Source: a bacterium (lineage in GTDB: Bacteria; Hinthialibacterota; Hinthialibacteria; Hinthialibacterales; Hinthialibacteraceae). From it: DNA of 30,989 bases. The stretch lies in NCBI GenBank assembly GCA_041946805.1, contig JBHGBC010000058.1, positions 1-30,989 of the forward strand, in the 5' to 3' direction. The first letter of the stretch is position 1; the number at the start of each line of letters is the position of its first letter. Under the pieces are notes generated by a model. That model was not told where the DNA came from and did no database searches. It was given only the letters and a program-made list of their open reading frames with translations. The translations under genes and the position numbers were made by a program. Shown piece after piece: positions 1-9,719 of this stretch.

Positions 1-2382
1 CCCACGGCGACCCCAACCGCCACGGCGGCGCCCACCCGGACCGCGGCCCCCACCGATACTCCGGTTCCAGCGCCCACGGCCACTCCTACGGTCACGGCGA
101 CGCCCACCCGGACCGCGGCCCCCACCGATACTCCGGTTCCGGCGCCCACGGCCACTCCTACGGTCACGGCCAGTCCGGTTCCAGTCGCGACGCCTACACC
201 CTCGACGCCGCAGCAGCAGGAAATACCGCCGGATTCTAAAATGGCGGATGTTTTTGTATCGAATTTTGATGAGAATAATTTCACCGAATGGAATCAGAAA
301 GTGGATGCGGGGAATGACCTGATGATTTCCGCGACATCCCCATACAACGGGGCCTGCTGCGCTCAATTGATTTACGATGATGCCACCCCCGAATATCTCG
401 TCACGAATTTCGCGGAGATATCGGAAGGCCGGGTCTCGTTTCAGGTCAAATTCGATCTAAACAACAAATGGAGCAACCTCTCAACGGTCTTGTTGAAACT
501 TTACACGGTAGTGGGGGAGGAACTGTTGTCCGGCGAGTTTGCCTATCTGGACCAGAAAATTCAATTTCTCAGCGGCATGAGGACCGGCGGGGGATGGGAT
601 GAAAGCAATTGGAATATACTAGCATCCGACTCCAATTGGCATAAACTGGAAGTGCGATTCAAGTTTCATGATACCGATGGTTACCATAAAGTGCTGATCG
701 ACGACAGGGTGGTTTATGCGGCCGCCGGCCTCAATACCAATGCCATGGCTGGTCACGTGGCCGCCAGCCTGCACGTGGGTACCATATCCGTTCTGAGCAA
801 CAGCGTGGATACCGTCTACTGTCTGGACGAGGTGAAAGTGAGCCGGGCGGCGGATGGCGGCGGGGGCGTCGAGAATTCGGATCCGGTGGATCTCCAGACT
901 CCCACGCCGGTGACTACACCGCTTCCGGCCGTTACTCCGACGAACACACCCGTCCCCACGGCGACGCCCACCACCACCCCGACTCCGAAAAAAGCCGGGA
1001 ATTCAAAGAATGCGCCCCTGTCCGACCTGGTGGACGTATTTGATACCGGATTTGAATCCGGGACGTTCCGCGATTGGAGCGAAGTGAACGATCGGGAGAA
1101 CGGCCTGAAGATTACGGCCTCCACGGCGCATAGCGGAAGGCGGAGCGCGAAATTGGTCTATCAGGATCAAACACCGGCGTATTTAATTAAAAACCTGGAT
1201 GAAATCAGCGAGGGCTCCATCAGCTTCTGGATCCAGTTTACGATGCCGGGCGGGTGGAATGCCGTTTCGACCTCCTTGCTCAAGGTATATAACCGGGATG
1301 GCGTCGAATTGCTATCCGGGGAATTCGCCTACGATAGCGGAGTCATCCTATACTCCAGCCGGATGCGTGCCGTGAACAACTGGGACGAAAGCGGTTGGAG
1401 CACTCTGGCGGCCGATGGCCGTTGGCACCGGATCGAAGTGCAATTCAAGATGCATCCTTCGGATGGATATCACCGGGTGTTGATCGACAACACGGTGGTT
1501 CATGCCTCCACGGGGCTCATGACCGATGTGTTCCCGGGCCAATACGTGAACGCGATGCACCTGGGCGCCTCCGCGAACCTGCAGACGGGTGTCAATGGAA
1601 CACTCTATCTCGATGACGTAAGTGTCGGCGACCGGGAGGCGGACCATCTTTCCTTGGTGCAACTAGAGATGCCGCCCCTCGATTTTGCGGAACCAACGCC
1701 GCCGGACACGCCGGTGGCGGTCTCTTCGACAATGTCGAATCGGGTGACCTCCCTGCCTCGTATGCTTGATTTGGAGTCTCCTATATATCTTAGCTTTGAA
1801 TCCGGTGACTTTTCCGAGTGGACGGATGAGGTGGATCCGGGACAAGACCTGAACGTTTCGGCCTTGGTTTCCCATGGCGGATCCAAGTCGGCCATGTTTT
1901 CCTGCGATGACTTGACACCCGAATATCTGGTTCAAAACTTGGGGAACGCCAGGGAGGGGAAGATCAGCCTTTGGTTCAAGTTCGACAGGAGTGGTCCATG
2001 GAGCGCCGTCTCCACACCCTTGCTTACATTATTCAATTCCAAAGGCATCGAAATTTATTCCGGCGGCTGCAAGATGGAGGACGGTGCGATCAAGTATCGC
2101 AGCCGCTTCCGCATGCCGGGAAGCTGGGACGAAAGCGGTTGGGCTGTTCTGGCCGCCGATGATGAGTGGCACAAGCTGGAAGTGCAATATAAAATCCACG
2201 CGACGGAGGGTTGGCACCACGTGAAGATCGACGGGGTCCTCGTGCACCAGTCGGATGGGCTGGATTCCGATGTGTTTCCCGGCGTGTTTGCAGGCGAAAT
2301 GCGTCTGGGCGATTCACTGAGCCTGCGGGCCGGGATGGACGCCAATTATTTTGTGGATGAGGTCCTCATTGAAAAATTATGA
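1..2382 (+). CDS. Large extracellular protein, 5'-truncated by the window edge: Pro/Thr-rich linkers and three ~200-aa repeated beta-sandwich (LamG/concanavalin or polysaccharide-lyase-like) domains
   Basis: Frame 1 is open from base 1 (PTATPTATAAPTRT...) through the ATG at 241, so 241 is internal. Three homologous domains share F(D/E)..(F)..W, EG.(I/V)S(F/L), WDES.W..LA.D..WH..EV..K.H...G.H.V.ID and a terminal D(D/E)V. The fold assignment is inference. Confidence 0.85.
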   Translation, partial: PTATPTATAAPTRTAAPTDTPVPAPTATPTVTATPTRTAAPTDTPVPAPTATPTVTASPVPVATPTPSTPQQQEIPPDSKMADVFVSNFDENNFTEWNQKVDAGNDLMISATSPYNGACCAQLIYDDATPEYLVTNFAEISEGRVSFQVKFDLNNKWSNLSTVLLKLYTVVGEELLSGEFAYLDQKIQFLSGMRTGGGWDESNWNILASDSNWHKLEVRFKFHDTDGYHKVLIDDRVVYAAAGLNTNAMAGHVAASLHVGTISVLSNSVDTVYCLDEVKVSRAADGGGGVENSDPVDLQTPTPVTTPLPAVTPTNTPVPTATPTTTPTPKKAGNSKNAPLSDLVDVFDTGFESGTFRDWSEVNDRENGLKITASTAHSGRRSAKLVYQDQTPAYLIKNLDEISEGSISFWIQFTMPGGWNAVSTSLLKVYNRDGVELLSGEFAYDSGVILYSSRMRAVNNWDESGWSTLAADGRWHRIEVQFKMHPSDGYHRVLIDNTVVHASTGLMTDVFPGQYVNAMHLGASANLQTGVNGTLYLDDVSVGDREADHLSLVQLEMPPLDFAEPTPPDTPVAVSSTMSNRVTSLPRMLDLESPIYLSFESGDFSEWTDEVDPGQDLNVSALVSHGGSKSAMFSCDDLTPEYLVQNLGNAREGKISLWFKFDRSGPWSAVSTPLLTLFNSKGIEIYSGGCKMEDGAIKYRSRFRMPGSWDESGWAVLAADDEWHKLEVQYKIHATEGWHHVKIDGVLVHQSDGLDSDVFPGVFAGEMRLGDSLSLRAGMDANYFVDEVLIEKL
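21..169 (+). repeat. 72-bp (24-aa) tandem duplication within the Pro/Thr linker
   Basis: cccacccggaccgcggcccccaccgatactccggttcc occurs at 31 and 103 (period 72) with near-identity. Confidence 0.9.
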
Positions 2383-2638
2383 TTGCGATTATTCCATGAT
2401 CGTTATCGGTTGCAGGCGGTGGACAATTGCGCTACCGGTGCAGGGGCGTGAACGAACACCAGTGGACGGCCGAACGTATTACCCGGGGAAAGGAGAACGG
2501 TTCAGACCGGATCATGCATCGCCCGGCGGGATTTGAACATCCTTGATTGGAGAGGTCCTTGTTCCACCTTGATTTTTCCGGTGTTGCCGCAACCAGGGTG
2601 TACCGTGGACCTTTGACCGGACCTACAATACTTAAAAC

Positions 2639-4348
2639 ATGATTAGGATGGAGATGATGGAAATGATGCGGAAATTTCAACAACCCTATTCCTTCTTCTT
2701 GGGGGGGATCCTCGTTTTCCTTTTCGGGATCCCCAACTGTTTCGGCGCAGAGTATTTCTGTGATGCCACCCAAGGCCGAGACACGAATTCGGGGACATCG
2801 CCGCAATCGGCATGGCGCACCGTCGCCAAGATTAATGCGACTTCCTTCTCCCCGGGGGATACCATCTACTTCAAAAGGGGAGAAGTCTGGCGTGAGCAAC
2901 TGACCGTTTCCTCGTCCGGTGCGGCGGGAAGGCCGATCACGTTCAGCGCCTACGGTTCGGGCGCGCTGCCCATTTTGAACGGAGCCAATCTCGTTTATGG
3001 ATGGGCAGAGCACGCTCCCCGCGTATGGAAAGCGTCTGTCACGCCGGAACCCCAGGTGGTGGCGTTCAACGACGCCGTGGGCGAAAAAGTAGCCAGTGTT
3101 GCGAGCATTAACAGCGCGACGGATTGGTATTGGGCTTCCAATGTTCTTTATATCTATTCCACTTCCGATCCGGACACCGCCTTCACCAATCCCGGCATCG
3201 AGGCCGGCCAGCGGCTGTATAACATCTATTCGAACAACTTTGATTATGTCACCTATCAGAATCTGCATCTGAAATACGCCAACCAATCCGGATTTCGCGG
3301 CGATTATCATGATGACAATCTTACGTTCAGCGGCGTGCGGGTCACGGCGTCCGCTCTATTTGGATTTGAATTTGATAGTTCAGCCGCGCCGTTATTGGAG
3401 GATTGCATGGTGGAATGGGTGGGCAAGTACGGTTATCTGTTTCAGCCGGGATGCAGTTACCTCACGGTCAATCGCTGCGTGGCCGCCTACAATCGGCAGA
3501 GAGGATTGCAAGTCAATCCGGGCGTGGGCGGATATATCCACATCACGGGGGGGGAGTATCATCATCAACGGTACTTGGATGCGGATGGAATCGCCATCGA
3601 TGACAACGACGGCATCGTCATTGATTCCGTCTGGAGTCACCATAACGACAAGGGTCACATGGATACCGACAATGGCGATGGAATCCAGATCTCCGGAGGC
3701 TGCGTGAATCCCATCGTGCGGTATTGCTTCATCGAGTTTAATGGCAACTCGGGATTGGTTTTGAATTCGCCGCAAGGCGGGCAAATTTATTACAACCAGA
3801 TAAATGAAAATCACATCAATGGCATCGCGGTGGATGGAAACAGCGCGAATACGCTGAAGATATTCAATAATACCATTTACAACAATGGCTACGGCATTCT
3901 ATTCTATTATTCCGAACCGAAGGCCTTGATTGAAGTGATGAATAATATATTGTGGGGGGCCACCCTGGTGCCCGAAAAGAGAGTGATTTTTCAGAAGGAT
4001 TATACGTCGGACGCCAATATTTTGTTGGATTATAATTGCTATTGGGGGGATGAAAATGAATATCTCCTGTATTGGGGAGGCGCCTTGTACGCGCGCAATC
4101 AATTTAAAACCTATCAAGAAAAAGCGGCGAACGATTTGAATTCCATCTGCGCGGATCCGCTGTTTTTAAATGTAAGTGAAAGGAATTTCATGCTGCAATC
4201 GACCTCTCCTTGCGTAAACCGGGGCGTGGACTTGGGAATCCAGGAAGGCTTGATGAACGTCAATGTGCCGAACGATAGCCGAGTGGATATCGGTGCGTGG
4301 GAATATTACGCCAAACCGGGACCGCCGATCAATCTGAAGTATTACTGA
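2639..4348 (+). CDS. Secreted right-handed parallel beta-helix (pectin-lyase-fold) protein; true start probably 2663/2666
   Basis: Signal-like N-terminus, YFCDATQGRDTNSGTSPQSAWRT, FSPGDTIYFKRGEVWRE, Asn-rich G(I/L).....I.NN repeats, C-terminal DPLF...SPCVNRG...VDIGAWEY. Confidence 0.85.
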   Translation: MIRMEMMEMMRKFQQPYSFFLGGILVFLFGIPNCFGAEYFCDATQGRDTNSGTSPQSAWRTVAKINATSFSPGDTIYFKRGEVWREQLTVSSSGAAGRPITFSAYGSGALPILNGANLVYGWAEHAPRVWKASVTPEPQVVAFNDAVGEKVASVASINSATDWYWASNVLYIYSTSDPDTAFTNPGIEAGQRLYNIYSNNFDYVTYQNLHLKYANQSGFRGDYHDDNLTFSGVRVTASALFGFEFDSSAAPLLEDCMVEWVGKYGYLFQPGCSYLTVNRCVAAYNRQRGLQVNPGVGGYIHITGGEYHHQRYLDADGIAIDDNDGIVIDSVWSHHNDKGHMDTDNGDGIQISGGCVNPIVRYCFIEFNGNSGLVLNSPQGGQIYYNQINENHINGIAVDGNSANTLKIFNNTIYNNGYGILFYYSEPKALIEVMNNILWGATLVPEKRVIFQKDYTSDANILLDYNCYWGDENEYLLYWGGALYARNQFKTYQEKAANDLNSICADPLFLNVSERNFMLQSTSPCVNRGVDLGIQEGLMNVNVPNDSRVDIGAWEYYAKPGPPINLKYY

Positions 4349-4837
4349 CGGCCTGCTTCATCCCGGCCGGACCCCGTCTTACACCCCTCGAGGAACGATC
4401 CTGGGGACCCGCGCGAGGATGAAGGATTCCCAGCCGCCATGGGAGTGACGGCGTGGCGGCGGGTGGGCATCGGTCCCGGCTTTCCATGCGGGCCTGGGGC
4501 CACCGGCAGGGGATGGTGTTCCTGGATTCGGCGGAACGCCGGATCGTGTTCGCGGCCGGCGGGATGAACGCGGGGGCGAAGCAGAAGGACAAATCCGTTT
4601 TGAAGGCATTGGGAGGGCAGGGAAGCGCGGGATGGAATTTTGCCGGAAGCGGCCGCCCGTGGTTTCAGAAGATAGAATTACAGGGGAATGGCTCTGGTGG
4701 GAGTGACCTTCGATTCGGTTCATTGGGTTGACGAACGGATGACCGCGATGGCGGACCGGACCGGAGGCGAATGGGAGTGCCGCCTTCCACCGCCGCGGCC
4801 CGTGCGCGGCAGCGAAAAGGCCGGAGGAATGCAGGGA

Positions 4838-6010
4838 ATGAACGTTATTGCGGCATTTATCGCTCCCACATTGTATGCCGTCCTGGCGGCTATGGCGATT
4901 CTGCTGTCGATGTTCCGGCCGCACTATAACTGGGATATCATCTGCTACATCGCATCCGCGAAATCGTTCGAGGAGAAAGATATCCAGGCGTTGCATTCAT
5001 TTACGTTTGAACAGGTGCGAAGGACGGTCCCGGAGGATACATATAGGGAACTGGTGGGCGGCCGGCCCGGGGAGGACCCAGCGTATACAGCGTGTATAAG
5101 AACCGATCCCTCCGCGTTTGCGGAGCAGTTGCCGTTTTATCAGATCCGCCCCGTTTATACCGGGAGTATCTATGGACTCTATAAACTGGGAATGGATATT
5201 GGATTCGCGACGCATTTTATTTCGGGAATGGCCGTAGCGGCCGCGGTGGCTTTACTTTATCGCTTGGCCCGCTCTTTTTTGTGGATGCCTTTGGTTTTCG
5301 CCCTGCCCGTGGCCGCCGTCCTGTTTGGCGCATTGAATGTAAGCAGATACTCCACTCCCGATGGCCTAGCCTTTTGCGCATCCGTCCTATCGATCTATCT
5401 CTTTCTCCAACGGCGCACCACGTTGCTGCTGGCGTTCCTTCCAGTTACGGTGGGCGTCCGGACGGATTTGGTACTCTTCATTTACCCTCTTCTGGCGTTT
5501 GTTTTCGTGATTGACGCGAACCGGCGATGGGCGGTTGCGCTCTCCGCGGTGGCGACGGCTGCGGTTTATGTGGCCATCACTAGGTATTGGTCCAATCCCG
5601 GCTGGGCGGTGACTTTATATTATACGCAAGTTCAAATACTCACCCACCCGATTTCCCACCCCCCCACGTTGACCGTCCAGGACTATTTCCATACCCTGGC
5701 GAAAGGAAGCAAGAATTTGGCGGTCAATCCCCGCTTCATCCTGTATTTGCTCACGGTTTTTTGTTCGATCGGCTTCATCGTGGACAAATTGAAAACTACG
5801 CCATTACGTTCCGTGATCGCCTCCCCGGTTGATGCGCTGGCGATCATCAGCATGTTCTTCGTGGCGTCCCACTTCATCCTTTTCCCCGTCTCCTATAGCC
5901 GGTTTTTTTCCGGGGCCTATGTAATCCAGGCTTTTTCTTTACTCGCCATGATCACGGAAAAATGGAAAAACCGGGAGGGATCCGCCATGGCAGGCAATTC
6001 CGGAGTCTGA
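4838..6010 (+). CDS. Polytopic membrane protein, possible GT-C-fold glycosyltransferase
   Basis: About 10 hydrophobic segments and a large loop after TM1 (NWD..Y ... YQIRPVY). GGAGGA at 4823-4828 favours ATG 4838 over the ORF-track start at 4688. The function is inference. Confidence 0.7.
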   Translation: MNVIAAFIAPTLYAVLAAMAILLSMFRPHYNWDIICYIASAKSFEEKDIQALHSFTFEQVRRTVPEDTYRELVGGRPGEDPAYTACIRTDPSAFAEQLPFYQIRPVYTGSIYGLYKLGMDIGFATHFISGMAVAAAVALLYRLARSFLWMPLVFALPVAAVLFGALNVSRYSTPDGLAFCASVLSIYLFLQRRTTLLLAFLPVTVGVRTDLVLFIYPLLAFVFVIDANRRWAVALSAVATAAVYVAITRYWSNPGWAVTLYYTQVQILTHPISHPPTLTVQDYFHTLAKGSKNLAVNPRFILYLLTVFCSIGFIVDKLKTTPLRSVIASPVDALAIISMFFVASHFILFPVSYSRFFSGAYVIQAFSLLAMITEKWKNREGSAMAGNSGV

Positions 6011-6206
6011 TTCTGGCTTGGCGCGACTTCCATGTTTTGGCGCCCGGGTCCCGGATTTCATGGTCCCTCTACCGGCACGGGCAGAACCAGTTTCCGTGAA
6101 CCGATGTCCGTACGAATCAAAAAATCGGGTTTCTCCGGCATGTGCGCGCCTAATATCACAAAGGAGCGGGTGACAGCCACTTGCGGCGGGTGGAGAGATC
6201 AATCCA

Positions 6207-6243
6207 ATCCCCCTTCCCACCAGCCGAGGGCCCGGGTGAGGGG
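6207..6243 (+). repeat. BoxC-like intergenic repeat (degenerate copy)
   Basis: atcccccttcccaccagccgagggcccgggtgagggg; the upstream gagatcaatcc is shared with the 26610 copy. Confidence 0.55.
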
Positions 6244-6383
6244 ACCCCATGCCACGGCGTCTGTTTCCTCCATGGGTTCCCAAAGGTTGCATGGAAAGGA
6301 ATTGGTGTTCCTTCGGTGTGGGGAGATGAAATTGATAGGCGATTTCAGCCCATGTGTTCTCATTGGTCTGATGAGCCCATAGA

Positions 6384-6515
6384 AGACGGAGCGGCAAAGA
6401 GTCACCGGATGGTGGTGCAGGCGTCTTGTCTGCTCCCAATAGGGTTGCAGGCGGGACGCCTGCACCACAATAGAGGGAACATCGCCGTATTTCTTCACTT
6501 TTTCCCGCTCCGTCC
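6384..6515. mobile_element. 132-bp MITE, copy 1, with an internal REP doublet
   Basis: Ends AGACGGAGCGG...CCGCTCCGTCC, flanks TAGA/TATA, internal inverted repeat gtggtgcaggcgtc...gacgcctgcaccac; homologous to 29084-29215. Confidence 0.8.
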
Positions 6516-6826
6516 TATAAGGATGTATCTCCTCGATCTGGAACCGGTAATTCTTGAACCGAGCCTGATCGTGAGCATTGGCGAAATGCGGAAACACTGG
6601 GAGTCCGGACCGGCCGATTTGTTGCCGGTGGTCAGCGCCGCGGATTCTTTCACCATCCTGCCGGATTGGATTGAATGTCGATCGCGGCAGCATGCCTTCC
6701 CTAATCCACCTCCCGGTTCTTTCGCTTCCTCTCCCGGTGTTTGAGGGGTGAATGGTCATGTTGAGCGGTTTGAGCCCGGTGGAATTCACTCCTGCCGTTG
6801 TTACCCCGGCGCATCCACAAGTAAAC

Positions 6827-6864
6827 ATTCCCTCTCCCCCCGGGGGAAAGAGCAGGGTGCGGGG
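6827..6864 (+). repeat. BoxC-like intergenic repeat
   Basis: attccctctcccccgggggaaagagcagggtgcgggg. Confidence 0.7.
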
Positions 6865-6963
6865 ATAACCTATCAAGGACCAGGAAGGCGGTAAGCGGAT
6901 GCCATAAGCCGGAATGATCCCATGGGAGGAAGGGAGGGAGGATTGGAACAGAGGTTAATCACT

Positions 6964-7010
6964 CGGGGGACAACGGCGGCTGGATTGGATCCACCCGCGG
7001 TTGTCCCCCG
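6964..7010. other. 22-bp hairpin downstream of the LRR/FG-GAP gene (possible mRNA 3' stabiliser or atypical terminator)
   Basis: cgggggacaacggcggctggat-tgg-atccacccgcggttgtcccccg pairs at 20/22 positions; no U-tract. Confidence 0.5.
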
Positions 7011-7109
7011 TCAGTTCCTTCACACTGGGACTCGAACGTCCCCCCTCGCGGCCGGCCTGCGTTCGCGGGACTTCGTCCAGACCGATAACGATCGGTTCGT
7101 CTTGCCGTA

Positions 7110-8681
7110 CTAGGGGATATACGAAGTCCCCATGCGCCAGTTCACGTCGGCATCCGGCATCGGATCCCCGTACCCGAGGTACGTCGCGTTGTTCATGTAC
7201 CAGACACGGTTTCTGCCCGTCGAGTAATTCCGCCAAACGATGTCACACGTGCCGTTATCGTCATGGTCGTTGACGCTGGCGATGATCCAATTTGTGTCCG
7301 TCACCGGCATCAACCAGCTCGACCCGGTGTAGGCCGCGTTGTTCATGTACCAAATTGCGTTTTGACCCGTGCTGTAATTGCGCCAGAGAAGGTCGGGCGT
7401 GCCATTCCCATTGAAATCCCGCACACCGGCAATCCTCCAGTTCAACTCCCCGCAAATTTGAAAATAGGCTACTCCGGTGCAATCGGGCCCATTCATGTAC
7501 CAGATCGCGTTCTTGCCGTTTCCGGAATGCCGCCAAATCAGGTCGGGATGACTGTCCTGGTTCATGTCTTCCACGCCGCTGAGCACCCACTGAGTATCCG
7601 TCGCGGGCGGCATATACGCGGTGCCCGTGCAGAGATCGCCGTCCATGTACCAGATTGCGTTCTTTCCGTTCACGTAATGCCGCCATACCAGGTCCGGTTT
7701 TCCGTCCCCGTTGAAATCACCCATGCCGGAGTAAACCCAGTTCATATCCTCCGTGACTTTGTGAAAGGAGAGGGAGCTGAGGAAGGCGCAGTTGTTCATC
7801 AACCACCCCGCGTTCATGCCGGTGGAATAGTTCCGCCAGAAGAAATCGGGTTTGTCGTCGTTGTTGAAATCATCCACGCATTGCAGGGTCGGGAGCGTGA
7901 TTGCCCCTCCGTCCTGGGGGGAGTAGGCAAAACCGGAAAGCAGATTGCCCGCGTCGAAAACGGGATCACCAATCCGCTTTCTCAGGATGATCATGTTGTT
8001 GTAATCATCCTCAATGAGTGGGTTGTTCCGGATATCCACTTTATCCCCCGCGCTCAAACCGGTGTTCGTGACCAAACTGGAGATATCCACCAGGTTATTG
8101 AAAGAGCAATCTAAGTGATTCAAGGCTACGTTGTTGGAAACATCCAACTGGACCAATGAATTGTAAGCGCATGCCAAGGTTTGCAGGGCCGTACAGGTGG
8201 TCACGTTCAACTGCGTCAAACCGTTCACATAGCATTCAATGGTCTGTAACGCGGTGTTGGCGGAGAGGTCCAACTGGGTCAAATTATTCAGGCTGCAATA
8301 CAGCCCCACGAGGGCCGTATTGGCGGAGAGGTCCAACTGGGTCAAATCATTCCCACTGCAAAACAGATCGATCAGGGCGGTGTTGGCGGAGACGTTCAGC
8401 TGGGTCAATAGGTTTGAATTGCAATTCAATCCGGTGATACCCGTGAAATATGCCAAACCCGTCATGTCCGCTATACTCTGGCTGCTGCAATTGAGCGTGC
8501 CTTCCTTGGCGGCGGCTTCGGCCGCGGTGAATTCCCCTTCGTGGGCTACCCCCATGAAGGCCTCAACGGCCAACCGGAAATTGGCGTCCGGGAAATTCGC
8601 CGTCGTGTTGATGTTTTGTGAATAGGATGTGTTCAGGAACAGCAGAAACAATGCGTAAATCCCGAAATGTTGAATTTTCAT
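7110..8681 (-). CDS. Secreted protein with internalin-type leucine-rich repeats and five C-terminal FG-GAP/VCBS repeats (523 aa)
   Basis: Purine-rich RBS before ATG 8681, signal peptide MKIQHFGIYALFLLFLNTSYSQ, FPDANFR cap, 21-aa LTQLDLSANTAL..L.C..N repeats (63-bp DNA period), five D.N.D..PD..WR....G.N..W.M-type repeats. Confidence 0.88.
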   Translation of the reverse strand: MKIQHFGIYALFLLFLNTSYSQNINTTANFPDANFRLAVEAFMGVAHEGEFTAAEAAAKEGTLNCSSQSIADMTGLAYFTGITGLNCNSNLLTQLNVSANTALIDLFCSGNDLTQLDLSANTALVGLYCSLNNLTQLDLSANTALQTIECYVNGLTQLNVTTCTALQTLACAYNSLVQLDVSNNVALNHLDCSFNNLVDISSLVTNTGLSAGDKVDIRNNPLIEDDYNNMIILRKRIGDPVFDAGNLLSGFAYSPQDGGAITLPTLQCVDDFNNDDKPDFFWRNYSTGMNAGWLMNNCAFLSSLSFHKVTEDMNWVYSGMGDFNGDGKPDLVWRHYVNGKNAIWYMDGDLCTGTAYMPPATDTQWVLSGVEDMNQDSHPDLIWRHSGNGKNAIWYMNGPDCTGVAYFQICGELNWRIAGVRDFNGNGTPDLLWRNYSTGQNAIWYMNNAAYTGSSWLMPVTDTNWIIASVNDHDDNGTCDIVWRNYSTGRNRVWYMNNATYLGYGDPMPDADVNWRMGTSYIP

Positions 8682-8762
8682 TTCCTTCCTCCCTCCTGGT
8701 TGCTTGTTTTGATTCCGTTTACGATTTGATTTGGAAAAACCACACCCCAACATCCTTTTGCC

Positions 8763-8790
8763 ATTATAGAGAGAAATAAGGATAAGTCAA
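8763..8790 (-). promoter_or_regulatory. Putative sigma70 promoter for the LRR/FG-GAP gene
   Basis: TTGACT-16 nt-TATAAT on the minus strand, ~80 nt upstream of ATG 8681. Confidence 0.6.
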
Positions 8791-9508
8791 TCATTTTTTT
8801 CTTAATTTTTCAGAATAATCGATGAATCCTAACTCCATGAAACTCATGGCGATGAGGAATTCGGGAATGGCTTCCAGTCCGGTATTCATATTTTTTACAA
8901 TTGGCTGGGGCCCGGCCTGACGCAGCTCCGGGCGGATGTAAAAAAGGATAATTCGGGAAATACAGGCCGGAGACAGGGGGCCAAAGTGGAAAACCTTGGG
9001 CCGCCAAAAAGCCGCCCCCGAAGAGGATTCATAGGACTACGGGGAGCCAATGAGATTGCGCAAAGAGGTTCCGCCGCGCCGGCCGGGGAGGCCGGTGAGG
9101 AGGGCGGGGCGGGAAGTTAATATGGAATTCCTCAAGCGCCGGCCGCCGGCATGTTTGGCGGGATGGAGGGATTCGAAGAGTCCGGGCGCCCGTGAATCAG
9201 AAAGGAATGCCGCCGCGTGGATTCGGCATGATACCGCGCGGGCATGGGGCCGGTCTGTGAGGGGGAATCCCAGCGGCGGGCGACCGGTGAAGATGCGGTG
9301 CATTTACATCGGCGCGGAGAAAACATGGCTGCGCAGATTGAAAAAGAGGATCGCTGGGCAGCCATGACATGTTTTACATCATGGTGTATCTGAAGAATGG
9401 CGCTGGCCGAAGCGCGCGCGGAGGGAGTGCGGGAGCCGCACCGTCAGGGTTGCGGCTGACTGCTTGCTCTATGACCGAGTCAGGAAGAATTCTGTCCTTG
9501 CCCGGCTT

Positions 9509-9544
9509 CCCTCACCCTGGCTCTCTTCCAGAGGGAGAGGGAAT
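9509..9544 (-). repeat. BoxC-like intergenic repeat, inverted orientation
   Basis: Reverse complement attccctctccctctggaagagagccagggtgaggg closely matches the 19338 copy. Confidence 0.75.
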
Positions 9545-9673
9545 CGTTTCGCTATCCCCTCAGGGCTCATAACCCGAAAAAAATCCTGAGTTCGTTTGCA
9601 ATCGGGTAAATGGTTACGGTCGCGGAAAAGTGGAGGATGATCCTCTCTTTTGTAAAAAATCAGTGCAATTATA

Positions 9674-9719
9674 CAAGATAGAAACTATTTATAATATAAA
9701 TAGGATAGAATATATCTTG
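9674..9719. promoter_or_regulatory. AT-rich nested palindrome, candidate protein-binding site
   Basis: Perfect CTATTTATA-A-TATAAATAG (9685-9703) inside an outer CAAGATA...TATCTTG. Confidence 0.4.

Noticed and set aside
6032..6876. Overlapping 116-225 aa ORFs on both strands
   Set aside because: They run through the MITE and BoxC repeats and have non-protein-like composition
6886..6898. GGCGGTAAGCG resembling an ops/JUMPStart element
   Set aside because: Imperfect match and not positioned upstream of the polysaccharide genes
7025..7045. GTTCGAGTCCC on the minus strand resembling a tRNA T-arm
   Set aside because: No cloverleaf, acceptor stem or anticodon arm can be built
7110..8450. Periodic DNA repeats as a possible CRISPR array or DGR template/variable pair
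   Set aside because: They are in-frame protein repeats (63 bp LRR, ~150 bp FG-GAP); no cas or reverse transcriptase gene, and no obvious adenine-specific mismatch pattern by eye
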